NCBI GenBank assembly: GCA_003524145.1
Contig: DODZ01000035.1
Coordinates: 66,369 to 130,368 of the forward strand
Direction: 5' to 3'
DNA length: 64,000 nucleotides
Source of the DNA: Candidatus Apopatosoma intestinale
GTDB taxonomy: Bacteria; Bacillota; Clostridia; Oscillospirales; CAG-272
Of this stretch, positions 36,009 through 45,048 are shown one piece after another (the stretch's first letter is position 1; every line of letters begins with the position of its first letter). The position numbers and the translations under genes are program-made. The notes under the pieces are model-generated. The model searched no databases, was not told the origin of the DNA, and was given only the letters and a program-made list of their open reading frames with translations.

Positions 36009-36037
36009 TTGACAAATTTACATTTTTGTATTATAAT
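36009..36037 (+). promoter_or_regulatory. Consensus sigma-A promoter, 305 nt upstream of rpe
   Basis: TTGACA (36009-36014), exactly 17 nt, TATAAT (36032-36037). Confidence 0.55.
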
Positions 36038-36342
36038 AACGCAGGAAAACAAAAAGAGTGCATATGCCGAAGCGACATATGCACGGAAAAGTGCTTATAT
36101 ATAAAGTTGTCCGTGTGCGTCATGCATAATCACATCATTTGCTTTGATATCCTCGGCGCACCGTGGCAACGGGTTTTCTACTATAATGATATGGCGCTTT
36201 TTCGACAGTGACAATACGGCAGAATATGTGTTTTTCCGACTTTTGCGGAAAATGGCGGATTTTGCCGCAAGAGCGGCGTTTTTGCACCTGCGCGGCAGGA
36301 AAAAATATTTTTGCCGCTTGTGTGAAAGGAAGATGAAATCTT

Positions 36343-37017
36343 ATGATAAAAATTTCTCCTTCGGTTCTTGCCTGTGATTTTTCAAGGCTGGGAGATGAGG
36401 CAAAAAGAGCAGAGGCGGCAGGCGCGGAATGGCTCCACCTCGATGTGATGGACGGTATATTCGTGCCGAATATATCATTCGGTCCCTGCGTCATCAAATC
36501 CATACGCGGTTCAACGGGCGCATTCTTTGATACGCACCTGATGATAGCAGATCCGATACGCTATGTCGGTGCCTTTGCCTCGGCAGGAGCAGACCTGATA
36601 ACCATACATTACGAAAGCTGTGAAAACCAGCAGGAAACACTTGAAAAGATACGCTCGCTCGGCAAAAAGGCGGGCATTTCCATCAAGCCCGCAACGCCTG
36701 CGTTCGTGCTTGAGCCGCTCCTTCCTTATGCAGACCTTGTGCTCGTCATGACGGTAGAGCCTGGCTTTGGCGGGCAGAGTTTCATGGAGGAAACTATGGA
36801 GAGCGTCCGCACGGTACGCGCCATGGTCGATGCCGCAGGGCTCGATACGGATATCGAGGTGGACGGCGGCATCAACGCAAAGACTGCGGCTGTAGCCGCA
36901 GAAGCGGGGGCAAATGTTTTTGTCGCGGGTTCCTCCGTTTTCGGAGCGGATAATGCGGCAGAGGCTGTCGCAGCCATAAGAAGTGCGGCGGAAGGCGCTT
37001 TCGGCGCAAAGAAATAA
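36343..37017 (+). CDS. rpe: Ribulose-phosphate 3-epimerase
   Basis: 224 aa. Contains MIKISPSVLACDF, HLDVMDGIFVPN, MTVEPGFGGQ and VDGGIN. Confidence 0.93.
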   Translation: MIKISPSVLACDFSRLGDEAKRAEAAGAEWLHLDVMDGIFVPNISFGPCVIKSIRGSTGAFFDTHLMIADPIRYVGAFASAGADLITIHYESCENQQETLEKIRSLGKKAGISIKPATPAFVLEPLLPYADLVLVMTVEPGFGGQSFMEETMESVRTVRAMVDAAGLDTDIEVDGGINAKTAAVAAEAGANVFVAGSSVFGADNAAEAVAAIRSAAEGAFGAKK

Positions 37018-37037
37018 AGCATGATATAATACAGAAA

Positions 37038-37080
37038 CGGGACAGATTCCCCTATCGGGAGTTTGTCCCGATTTTTTCTT
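37038..37080 (+). terminator. Rho-independent terminator after rpe
   Basis: CGGGACA...TGTCCCG outer stem with an inner TCCC/GGGA pairing, followed by ATTTTTTCTT. Confidence 0.6.
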
Positions 37081-37085
37081 TTGCG

Positions 37086-37114
37086 GAATAAAAGCGCGGA
37101 CAAGTTCATATATT
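37086..37114 (+). promoter_or_regulatory. Possible mother-cell (sigma-E-like) promoter of the spoIIIA operon
   Basis: GAATAAA ... CATATATT (37107-37114) resembles the Bacillus sigma-E -10 CATAcA-T. Weak match, assessed by eye only. Confidence 0.3.
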
Positions 37115-37139
37115 TTAGCAGACAAGGGAGGTGTGACAT

Positions 37140-38081
37140 ATGAGCGGCACGGTAAAGTCGGGGCTTGACACGGCAGGCAGTGTGCCGACGCTTGCGAAAA
37201 TACTGCGATATCTGCCGGAAAAATTTTCCTCTCCGATAGTAAAATATATCTCGGCAAACCCTGCGGCGGCATCGTTTATCTCTGAAATAAGACTGCGTCT
37301 CGGTGCGCTTTTTTCGATAACGGCGGCGGGGAAAAACATCTCGATTTTCGGTGGTGAGCGCATATATTGCACACCCGATGATATGTCTCAGACGCTCGGA
37401 CTTCTCTGCGAGGACTCGATACATACCTACGGCGACACGATGCGCGAGGGATATATCCTGCTTGACGGAGGCTACCGGATCGGCATCTGCGGTCATGCGA
37501 GATGCGAGGGAAATGCGCTCTCGGGCGTTTACGGTATCACGGCGATATCCGTGCGCATACCGCACGGGGTCTACGGCGTTTGCGATGAGATTCTGCCGCT
37601 CATACATGACGGCGGTAGAATAAACAGCACACTGATATATTCGCCTCCGGGTGTGGGCAAGACAACGCTGCTGCGCGATATCGCCGTGAAGCTGCGTGGC
37701 AGGCGCATTTCGCTTATCGATACGCGCGGCGAGCTTTTTACGGAGGAAAGCATGGCAAATACGCTCATAGATGTGCTCTACGGTTATCCGCGCGCCAAGG
37801 GGATAGAGATAGCCACGCGCACGATGTCGGCTGAGGTGATAATCTGCGATGAAATAGGCTCGGCGGAGGAAGCGGGAGCCATCCTCTCGGCGCAGAACAG
37901 CGGCGTGCCGCTCATCGCCTCCGCACATGCGGACAGCCTCTCTTCACTTTTCATGCGCCCGAATATAAGACTGCTGCGCGAACACGGGATTTTCCGTTAT
38001 TATATCGGGCTTTCCCGTGCGGCGGCGGACAGTAATTTCCGCTTTGAAATATACGATGCGGCGGGCGGCGAGCCATGCTGA
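37140..38081 (+). CDS. spoIIIAA: Stage III sporulation protein AA (ATPase)
   Basis: 313 aa. Walker A is SPPGVGKTTLLRDIA and Walker B-like is VIICDEIG. It is the first gene of an eight-gene spoIIIA-order cluster. Confidence 0.9.
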   Translation: MSGTVKSGLDTAGSVPTLAKILRYLPEKFSSPIVKYISANPAAASFISEIRLRLGALFSITAAGKNISIFGGERIYCTPDDMSQTLGLLCEDSIHTYGDTMREGYILLDGGYRIGICGHARCEGNALSGVYGITAISVRIPHGVYGVCDEILPLIHDGGRINSTLIYSPPGVGKTTLLRDIAVKLRGRRISLIDTRGELFTEESMANTLIDVLYGYPRAKGIEIATRTMSAEVIICDEIGSAEEAGAILSAQNSGVPLIASAHADSLSSLFMRPNIRLLREHGIFRYYIGLSRAAADSNFRFEIYDAAGGEPC

Positions 38082-38578
38082 AATATATCGGTGTGCTTGT
38101 TGTTTTCGTTTCATGCACGCTCTCGGGGCTGACGCTCTGCGAGAGGGAAAAGCTGAAGCTGCGCCAATGCGAGGCTTTTCTTTCGCTTTTCGAATATGTG
38201 AAAAATCAGATACATTATTTCCTCGCGCCGACGAAGCAGATTTACCGCGGATTTGAAGACCCCGTGCTCGCGAAAGCAGGCTTTCTTGCAAAGTTATGTG
38301 AGGAAAGCGGCGGAGTTTACAGAAACAACTGGATAGATGCCTTTGAGGCATGCGGCGAGAGTTTTTGTCTTTCTCCCTCGCAGGCGGAAATAGTGAAAGC
38401 TTTCGGTTCGCATATAGGCAAGAGCAATGAGCCGATGCAGATGAGAAATTTTGAATACTGCATCAAATCCATGGAGGCGGAGACGGCAAAGCAGAGGGCG
38501 CTCTGCGAGAAGAATACCAAGCTTTACCGCACGCTCGGCTTCACTCTCGGCGCCATGGCGGCGCTTCTGCTCATATGA
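38075..38578 (+). CDS. spoIIIAB: Stage III sporulation protein AB
   Basis: 167 aa. Has an N-terminal TM segment and overlaps spoIIIAA by 7 nt. Position and size fit SpoIIIAB. Confidence 0.85.
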   Translation: MLKYIGVLVVFVSCTLSGLTLCEREKLKLRQCEAFLSLFEYVKNQIHYFLAPTKQIYRGFEDPVLAKAGFLAKLCEESGGVYRNNWIDAFEACGESFCLSPSQAEIVKAFGSHIGKSNEPMQMRNFEYCIKSMEAETAKQRALCEKNTKLYRTLGFTLGAMAALLLI

Positions 38579-38601
38579 GCGAAAACAGGTGGTGATTTTA
38601 T

Positions 38602-38796
38602 TTGAATACGGAGCTTATTCTGAAAGTGGCAGGTGTCGGTCTGCTCGTGACGGTGGCGCATCAGATACTTTCCAAATCGGGCAGGGACGAGCAGGCACTT
38701 TTTGTCACTATAGCCGGCATAGTGATAGTTCTCCTGATGCTTGTCGGCGAGATAGGCGGGCTTTTTGACATGATAAAGGGGATATTCGGCTTATGA
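38602..38796 (+). CDS. spoIIIAC: Stage III sporulation protein AC
   Basis: 64 aa with two TM segments (KVAGVGLLVTVAHQIL...). TTG start is preceded by AGGTGG. Confidence 0.88.
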   Translation: MNTELILKVAGVGLLVTVAHQILSKSGRDEQALFVTIAGIVIVLLMLVGEIGGLFDMIKGIFGL

Positions 38797-39176
38797 CGGT
38801 GATAAAGCTTTGCGGCATAGCCGTTATCGGCGTCTGCGCCGCGCTCATAATGCGTGCGGCAAAAAGCGAGCTTGCCATTCCTGTCGGCGTGATAACCTGT
38901 GTAATTATCCTTGCCTCCGCCATATCATCCATGTATCCGATAGTCGCTTTTGCCGAGGGTTTGTCGCGGGAAAATTCTTATTCGCTTTATTTCTCCGCGG
39001 TTCTGAAGGCTCTCGGCATAGGAATAACCGCGCAGACCGCTGCAGATATATGCAGAGACAGCGGAGAGGGGGCTGTGGCGTCAAAGCTGGAGTTTGCCGC
39101 CAAGGTGGGCATACTTTTGCTCGGGCTACCTGTGGTACGCGAAATTTTGTCTCTGACGCAAAAAATACTTGAATGA
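38793..39176 (+). CDS. spoIIIAD: Stage III sporulation protein AD
   Basis: 127 aa polytopic membrane protein with ATGA overlap to spoIIIAC. Confidence 0.88.
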   Translation: MTVIKLCGIAVIGVCAALIMRAAKSELAIPVGVITCVIILASAISSMYPIVAFAEGLSRENSYSLYFSAVLKALGIGITAQTAADICRDSGEGAVASKLEFAAKVGILLLGLPVVREILSLTQKILE

Positions 39177-40288
39177 AAATGAAAAGAATAATAATTATTT
39201 TATGTATACTAATTGCAATATTATCTACTACCGTATATGCCGATGGCACGGACGAAAGCGAGACGGATTTCGGACAAGGCTCGGTATACGAGGGGCTTCC
39301 CGAGGAGATGCGTGAATACATACCGTCCGATTTTTTTACCGGCGGCGTATCGGGACTTTCGGAAAAGCTGAGCATCGGATTTTTCCTGCGGGCGGCAGGA
39401 AAGATGCTCTCGTCCTCTTTCCCGCGTGCGGTGAAAAGCTTTTCTTTTCTGCTCGGGATACTCGTCATTTCCTCTGTGCTCGGCGCGCTCGGCGACAGCA
39501 TCGCAAGCCCGTCGGTGAAGAGCGTATTTTCGTATATATCGTCGGTCTGCATCTGCGCCGCCGTCTATGAGGCGACAGGCTCGCTTTTCTCGCTGACGAA
39601 GGATTTTATCCTCGGGCTATCGGGCTTTGTCACGAAGCTGATGCCCGTGATGACGGCGCTCCTCTATGCGAGCGGCAAGGTCAGCACGGCGGCTGTTTCG
39701 GGCGGGATAATAACGGCGGCACTGGCTATACTCGAAAATATATGTGCGGGCGTGCTTTTTCCGCTCATACAGATGTGCTTTGCCATTTCGGCGGGCGGCG
39801 CCATGTGCGGAAACGCCGGACTCTCAGGGATAACGGCAACTGTGAAAAAGACGGTGACATATCTGCTTTCTTTTATCATGCTTCTGCTTTCGCTCACGCT
39901 CGCTTTTCAGAGCGTCATAACGAAAAGCGCGGATTCGCTGGCACTCAAGGGTGTGAAATTTGCCGTCGGCAGCTTCATTCCGATAGTCGGCGGCGCGATA
40001 AACGAGGCGCTCACCGCCATAACGGGAAGCATCGGCACGATTCGTTCGGCTGTAGGAATCGCTGGCGCGGCGGCGGTGCTTTTCATGACCGTGTCGCCTA
40101 TTATATACATACTCTTAAACAAGGCACTGCTTGAGCTTTCGGCTTCTTTTGCCGTGATGCTCGGGCTGGAGAGGGAAAGCCGATTTCTCTCGGATACTGC
40201 GGGAATAGCGGGCTTTTTCGTTTCGCTTTCCGCTGTAACCGGCGTATTTTTTATCTTTTCGCTTTCGGTGCTCGCCGGCATTTCATAG
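39173..40288 (+). CDS. spoIIIAE: Stage III sporulation protein AE
   Basis: 371 aa with a signal peptide and multiple TM segments. Overlaps spoIIIAD by 4 nt. Confidence 0.88.
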   Translation: MKMKRIIIILCILIAILSTTVYADGTDESETDFGQGSVYEGLPEEMREYIPSDFFTGGVSGLSEKLSIGFFLRAAGKMLSSSFPRAVKSFSFLLGILVISSVLGALGDSIASPSVKSVFSYISSVCICAAVYEATGSLFSLTKDFILGLSGFVTKLMPVMTALLYASGKVSTAAVSGGIITAALAILENICAGVLFPLIQMCFAISAGGAMCGNAGLSGITATVKKTVTYLLSFIMLLLSLTLAFQSVITKSADSLALKGVKFAVGSFIPIVGGAINEALTAITGSIGTIRSAVGIAGAAAVLFMTVSPIIYILLNKALLELSASFAVMLGLERESRFLSDTAGIAGFFVSLSAVTGVFFIFSLSVLAGIS

Positions 40289-40297
40289 GGTGATATC

Positions 40298-40783
40298 ATG
40301 GAAGAAATAAAAAACTATGTCTATATGCTCGTCTGTGTGCTTGCGGTAAGCGGACTGGCGATAAATCTTTCTCCCGAGGGAGAAATGAAAAAATATATAA
40401 GATATATCTGCCTGCTTTGCACGGCGGCGGCAATCTGCATTCCGACAGTACAGGTGATAGGAGGTATTTCCGGTTATATTTCCGATATCGGCGACGACGC
40501 CGCATATGAAACGGGCGAAAATCACGATGCGGAGGGGATACTCATAGAGCGGACGCGCAAAAACATTGCCGCATCTGTGCGGAATTACATCTGTGAAAAG
40601 TACGGCATTGAAAGGGAGAGCGTCAGCGTCGGCGTGACGCTCGACGGGAGCGACACATCATCGGTTGAGATAAAGAAGCTGACGTTGACTCTTCCGAAGA
40701 GCGCACCTGCGGAAAAGATAAAAGCGGAGCTTGATGAAATGTTTCTTCACAAAACAGAAATAGAAATTATCTATGGGAGGTGA
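40298..40783 (+). CDS. spoIIIAF: Stage III sporulation protein AF
   Basis: 161 aa with two N-terminal TM segments. Operon position fits SpoIIIAF. Confidence 0.8.
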   Translation: MEEIKNYVYMLVCVLAVSGLAINLSPEGEMKKYIRYICLLCTAAAICIPTVQVIGGISGYISDIGDDAAYETGENHDAEGILIERTRKNIAASVRNYICEKYGIERESVSVGVTLDGSDTSSVEIKKLTLTLPKSAPAEKIKAELDEMFLHKTEIEIIYGR

Positions 40784-40788
40784 CGGAA

Positions 40789-41295
40789 ATGAAAACAAAG
40801 CTTAAGGACATGCCGCCGAAGCTGAAGCTCGTCATACTTGCCGCGCTCGGTATTTTCGGCGTTTTGCTTGTGATAATAGGCTCATCGGGCGGCAAAAAGG
40901 CGGCGGCGCAAAAAAATACCGCAGAAAATACGGAAGATAACGCAACTTTGGCATATATAGAGAGCCTCGAGAATAAAATTAGAACCATAACGAGGCAAAT
41001 AACAGGTTCGGACAATTCGAGCGTTATCGTAACAGTCAGCGACGGGGTGCAGTATGTTTATGTGTCTGACGAAAAATCGGACGAAGGCGGCACGGACAGG
41101 GAATACATAACCGTGCGCAAGGAAAACGGTGCGGGCACACTCATACTGCAAAAGGAAATATATCCTCCCGTTGAAGGCGTTTCCGTTGCGTGCCGCGGCG
41201 GCGATGACCCGGGTATTCAATCAAAGCTTATCGCGGTCATATCGACAGCGCTGGGACTTCCGAGCAACAGAATCTGTATTGTCGGGGTAAAATAA
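40789..41295 (+). CDS. spoIIIAG: Stage III sporulation protein AG
   Basis: Start set to ATG at 40789, preceded by GGGAGG with an 8-nt spacer. The ORF-track GTG at 40780 lies inside the RBS. Has an N-terminal TM segment. The C-terminus reads PPVEGVSVACRGGDDP...IVG, as in the SpoIIIAG ring-forming domain. Confidence 0.85.
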   Translation: MKTKLKDMPPKLKLVILAALGIFGVLLVIIGSSGGKKAAAQKNTAENTEDNATLAYIESLENKIRTITRQITGSDNSSVIVTVSDGVQYVYVSDEKSDEGGTDREYITVRKENGAGTLILQKEIYPPVEGVSVACRGGDDPGIQSKLIAVISTALGLPSNRICIVGVK

Positions 41296-41320
41296 ATTTT
41301 TATATTTAAGGAGATTTATT

Positions 41321-41974
41321 ATGAGAAACGAAGAGAGAGCCGCTATCAGAGCCGGCATGGCAAATCAGACAGAAGGAGAGGAAACCGTACTCAGCCTTCC
41401 GGAGGCAAAGGAGCACAACTTCAAATTCGGCAGTATTTTCACCGGTGACAGCGTGAAAAAGGGCATCAGGAAATTCGGCGTGCGCAATCTTGTGATAGTG
41501 CTTTCGGTTCTGCTTATCGGTGCCGCAGTATATGTAAACTGGGCTATCTTCGGCAAGACCGAAAAGCCCGATTCGGGTAAGGACCAGCCCTCCGGTAATG
41601 TCAATGTAGATGACAAGACGAATACGGAATCAAATTATTTTGCCGCATCGCAGATAGAGAGACAGCGCGCAAGAGATGAGGCTATGGAGGTTCTTCAGGG
41701 TGTTGTCGACGATGCAAAAAGTCTTGACGCGGCAAAAGAACAGGCACTTGCCGATATAACGGCAATAGCGGCAACCATCGAAAAGGAATCCAATATCGAG
41801 ACTCTCATAAAAGCAAAGGGCTTTGAAGAATGCGTGGCAGTCATAAACGGCGACAAGGCAAACATTATCGTAAAGAGTGAGGGGCTCAAGCCCAATCAGC
41901 TCTCGCAGATACTCGAAATCGTATATAAACAGGCAAATATTCTTCCCGCAAATGTGACGATAGCAGAGAAATAA
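41321..41974 (+). CDS. spoIIIAH: Stage III sporulation protein AH (SpoIIIAH-like)
   Basis: 217 aa with an N-terminal TM segment. The C-terminal YscJ/FliF-like region is IETLIKAKGFEECVAVINGDKANIIV. RBS AAGGAG is present. Confidence 0.85.
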   Translation: MRNEERAAIRAGMANQTEGEETVLSLPEAKEHNFKFGSIFTGDSVKKGIRKFGVRNLVIVLSVLLIGAAVYVNWAIFGKTEKPDSGKDQPSGNVNVDDKTNTESNYFAASQIERQRARDEAMEVLQGVVDDAKSLDAAKEQALADITAIAATIEKESNIETLIKAKGFEECVAVINGDKANIIVKSEGLKPNQLSQILEIVYKQANILPANVTIAEK

Positions 41975-41981
41975 AAAATGA

Positions 41982-42011
41982 GGAGCTGCGGCAAAATTGC
42001 CGCAGCTCCTT
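41982..42011. terminator. Bidirectional terminator between spoIIIAH and glyQS
   Basis: AGGAGCTGCGGCA-aaa-TTGCCGCAGCTCCT gives a stem of about 13 bp, flanked by A-run and T-run. Confidence 0.7.
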
Positions 42012-42020
42012 TGGTTATAT

Positions 42021-43424
42021 TCAGAATTCCAGCTTTTCTTCGATATAGGAAACGAGGTCGTCTGTCTTTATGCGAACCTGCTCCATGGTATCGCGGTCGC
42101 GGACGGTTACACAGCCGTCGTTTTCGGAATCGAAATCATACGTGATGCAGAAAGGAGTGCCTATCTCATCCTCGCGGCGATAGCGCTTGCCTATGGAGCC
42201 TGTCTCATCATAATCAACAGGGAAGTGCTTTGCGAGATTATTGTGAATCTCCATAGCCTTATCGCCGAGCTTCTTTGAAAGGGGCAGGACAGCCGCCTTG
42301 AAGGGAGCGAGTGCGGGGTGGAAATGAAGCACCGTGCGTACATCGCCGCCCTCGAGAGTTTCCTCATCGTAAGCCTCCGTGAGGAATGCGAGGAACGAAC
42401 GCTCAACTCCGAGACTGGGCTCCACAACATAGGGAATATAGCGTGTATTCTTGTCGGGATCAAAGTATGTGAGATCCTTGCCCGATGTATTCTGATGCTG
42501 GGTGAGGTCATAATCCGTGCGGTCGGCAACACCCCAGAGCTCGCCCCAACCGAACGGGAACATGAATTCAAAGTCTGTTGTCGCCTTGGAATAGAAGCAG
42601 AGCTCCTCGGGGTCATGGTCGCGCAGGCGGAGGTTTTCTTCCTTCATGCCGAGGCTGAGAAGCCAGTTTTTGCAGAAAGAACGCCAGTATGAGAACCACT
42701 CAAGGTCGGTATCCGGCTCGCAGAAAAATTCAAGCTCCATCTGCTCAAATTCGCGGACACGGAAAATGAAGTTTCCCGGGGTTATCTCATTGCGGAAGGA
42801 CTTGCCTATCTGACCGATACCGAAAGGCAGCTTCTTGCGAGTGGTGCGCTGAACATTGACGAAGTTTACAAAGATACCCTGTGCCGTTTCGGGGCGGAGA
42901 TAAACCGTATTTTTTGCATCCTCGGTGACGCCCTGAAATGTCTTGAACATCAGATTGAACTGACGGATATCCGTGAAATTATGCTTGCCGCAGGAGGGGC
43001 AGGGGATATTGTTTTCCTCGATAAAATTTTTCATTTCTTCCTGCGAAAAAGCGTCGATGGGCTTTTCGAGAGCTTTGCCTGTCTTTTCGCAGTAATCCTC
43101 GATAAGCTTGTCTGCGCGGAAGCGCTCCTTACATTCGCGGCAGTCCATGAGCGGGTCGGAAAAGCCGCCGAGGTGACCCGAAGCAACCCATGTCTGCGGA
43201 TTCATGAGAATGGCCGCATCAAGACCTACATTGTAGGGACTTTCGGTGACGAATTTCTTCCACCATGCTTTCTTGATATTGTTTTTCAGCTCTACGCCGA
43301 GAGGACCGTAATCCCATGTATTTGCAAGACCGCCGTAAATTTCGGAGCCGGCAAAAACAAAGCCGCGGTTTTTACAGAGTGCAACGAGCTTATCCATTGT
43401 TTTTTCTGTGTTTTTCATCGTCAT
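42021..43424 (-). CDS. glyQS: Glycine--tRNA ligase (homodimeric GlyQS type)
   Basis: 467 aa. Contains [35 protein letters not shown] and [25 protein letters not shown], the class II motifs. Confidence 0.95.
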   Translation of the reverse strand: MTMKNTEKTMDKLVALCKNRGFVFAGSEIYGGLANTWDYGPLGVELKNNIKKAWWKKFVTESPYNVGLDAAILMNPQTWVASGHLGGFSDPLMDCRECKERFRADKLIEDYCEKTGKALEKPIDAFSQEEMKNFIEENNIPCPSCGKHNFTDIRQFNLMFKTFQGVTEDAKNTVYLRPETAQGIFVNFVNVQRTTRKKLPFGIGQIGKSFRNEITPGNFIFRVREFEQMELEFFCEPDTDLEWFSYWRSFCKNWLLSLGMKEENLRLRDHDPEELCFYSKATTDFEFMFPFGWGELWGVADRTDYDLTQHQNTSGKDLTYFDPDKNTRYIPYVVEPSLGVERSFLAFLTEAYDEETLEGGDVRTVLHFHPALAPFKAAVLPLSKKLGDKAMEIHNNLAKHFPVDYDETGSIGKRYRREDEIGTPFCITYDFDSENDGCVTVRDRDTMEQVRIKTDDLVSYIEEKLEF

Positions 43425-43867
43425 TTATCCTTCATTTCATTAGATTTTTTATTTTTTATCATGTCCATATAATCCTGCAGGATTATCTGAGCCGCGAGCG
43501 AATCGACCGTGGCACGGTGATTTTTTGTTTTGATGCCGGATTCGCGCAGATACATATGCGCCATAACGGTGGTACAGCGCTCGTCATACAGCGTGACCGG
43601 AATATCGCAGAGCCCTCCTATCATATCGGCAAAAGCCATCGCGCTCTGCGCCTTTTCGCCGAGAGAACCGTCCATGTTCACCGGCTTACCTACGACGATA
43701 AGGCTGACCGAAAGCTCACTTGCCTTTGCCGCGATTTCAGCCGCGGCTTTTTCGGCATTGTAGCTCTTGATATTTCCTATGCCGTGTGCATACATTCCGA
43801 GGTCATCGGAAACGGCAAGACCTGTTCTTGCTGCGCCGAAATCGACGCCGAGTATTTTTTCTGCCAT
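43421..43867 (-). CDS. ruvX: Holliday junction resolvase-like RuvX (YqgF)
   Basis: 148 aa. Contains [17 protein letters not shown] and DERCTT. ATGA overlap with glyQS. Confidence 0.9.
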   Translation of the reverse strand: MAEKILGVDFGAARTGLAVSDDLGMYAHGIGNIKSYNAEKAAAEIAAKASELSVSLIVVGKPVNMDGSLGEKAQSAMAFADMIGGLCDIPVTLYDERCTTVMAHMYLRESGIKTKNHRATVDSLAAQIILQDYMDMIKNKKSNEMKDK

Positions 43868-43879
43868 CTTGCCTCCCGC

Positions 43880-44941
43880 TCAGAAGCTGTTTCTGTTGAG
43901 GTCGATCTTGTTTTCAGCCATGTACTTTTCTATATCGGCTTTGCTCGGGATATATTCGAGATTGCCGTTTGCCGCGCGGGCGAGGAGCGTCACTATCTGC
44001 GCATATCTTGCGGCACGCACGGGATGACGGCTCTTGAAAAATTCATATGCGTAAGCGCCGATATATATGGGAGAGAAAAATTCCTTTCCCTCGGAGGCGG
44101 TTTTCAGCGCATGCGGCGCCTCCGCATATTCGTAGGTATTTCCGTCATAGACAAACGAAGTGCCATTTCTGTTTATCACATAGAATTTTGCCTTTATCTT
44201 TGCGGAGAGCGAAATTATCGCGCGAACAGCCTTATCCGCCGTATCGGGGAAGAAGCCTGTGAGCGCATATATCTCATCCTCGGAGATAATGAGTGTTTTG
44301 ACATTTTTGAGACTCTCCAGCGGGAGCTTTGCCGTATGCGAATTGTATTCGAGAATCAGATCAAGACCCTGCTCGGCGGCGCGGTTCAGCGCATATACCG
44401 CGAGATCCTCATATTCAGTGCGCTTTACTATATGCACGCGCTTTTCTTCGGAATCGTCCTTTTCCTCCGAGAGATCGTCCTCGATGGAGATTTCCTCTTC
44501 AACCTCGTGAGCCACGAGCAGAGGCTCCTGCGGAACTATGAGCGCATCGGGATATGAGGCGAGTGCATTATCGATATCCTCTCTTGAAATAAGCTCGCCG
44601 ACTCCGCGGGAAACATAATTTGTATGACCGCCGAGATCGTCATAGAGAGTGACGCTCATGCCTGTCTGATAACCCTGAACGGTCTCTGCATTGTCGGTGA
44701 TGATACCGCACTTTTCGTAGTAACGCATGAGGCGTTCACCGTTTGTATCGGCGCCGAGCTTTGTGCAGAAGGCGCAAGAGCCGCCAAGCTTGGCTATGGA
44801 GATTGCCGTGGAAACACTTTTCCCGAAGGCGTGAAAACGATAAGCTCCGCTTTCAACGGTATTTCCTTCTTTTTTCTTCGGATTTATCTTCATGCGCAGG
44901 TTCATGTAGCTGTTTCCTATTACGAGAATTTTCTTATCCAT
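43880..44941 (-). CDS. PfkB/ribokinase-fold protein with acidic insertion and degenerate catalytic motifs
   Basis: 353 aa. The N-terminal ribokinase-like beta-strands are present (KILVIGNSYMNL, CTKLGADTNGERL). An acidic insert follows (EVEEEISIEDDLSEEKDDSEEK). I could not find a DTxGAGD-type motif. Confidence 0.75.
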   Translation of the reverse strand: MDKKILVIGNSYMNLRMKINPKKKEGNTVESGAYRFHAFGKSVSTAISIAKLGGSCAFCTKLGADTNGERLMRYYEKCGIITDNAETVQGYQTGMSVTLYDDLGGHTNYVSRGVGELISREDIDNALASYPDALIVPQEPLLVAHEVEEEISIEDDLSEEKDDSEEKRVHIVKRTEYEDLAVYALNRAAEQGLDLILEYNSHTAKLPLESLKNVKTLIISEDEIYALTGFFPDTADKAVRAIISLSAKIKAKFYVINRNGTSFVYDGNTYEYAEAPHALKTASEGKEFFSPIYIGAYAYEFFKSRHPVRAARYAQIVTLLARAANGNLEYIPSKADIEKYMAENKIDLNRNSF

Positions 44942-45048
44942 AATAATAGCCGTCCTTATTGATTTATAAAATATATTTTATCATAATAAATCGGTCTTGT
45001 AAATAGATATTTGATTAAAAAAGCCGATAAATTCGGAAAAAACAAGCT

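Noticed and set aside
36726-37928. 400-aa minus-strand ORF spanning the rpe 3' end, the terminator and spoIIIAA
   Set aside because: It crosses an intergenic terminator. The sequence is Arg-rich nonsense (…RRRYRKKRTETQSYFRDKRCRRRVCRD…). Both sense genes are well supported.
43316-44557. 413-aa plus-strand ORF antisense to glyQS, ruvX and the PfkB-like gene
   Set aside because: It spans three sense-strand genes and their junctions, and has no RBS or motifs.
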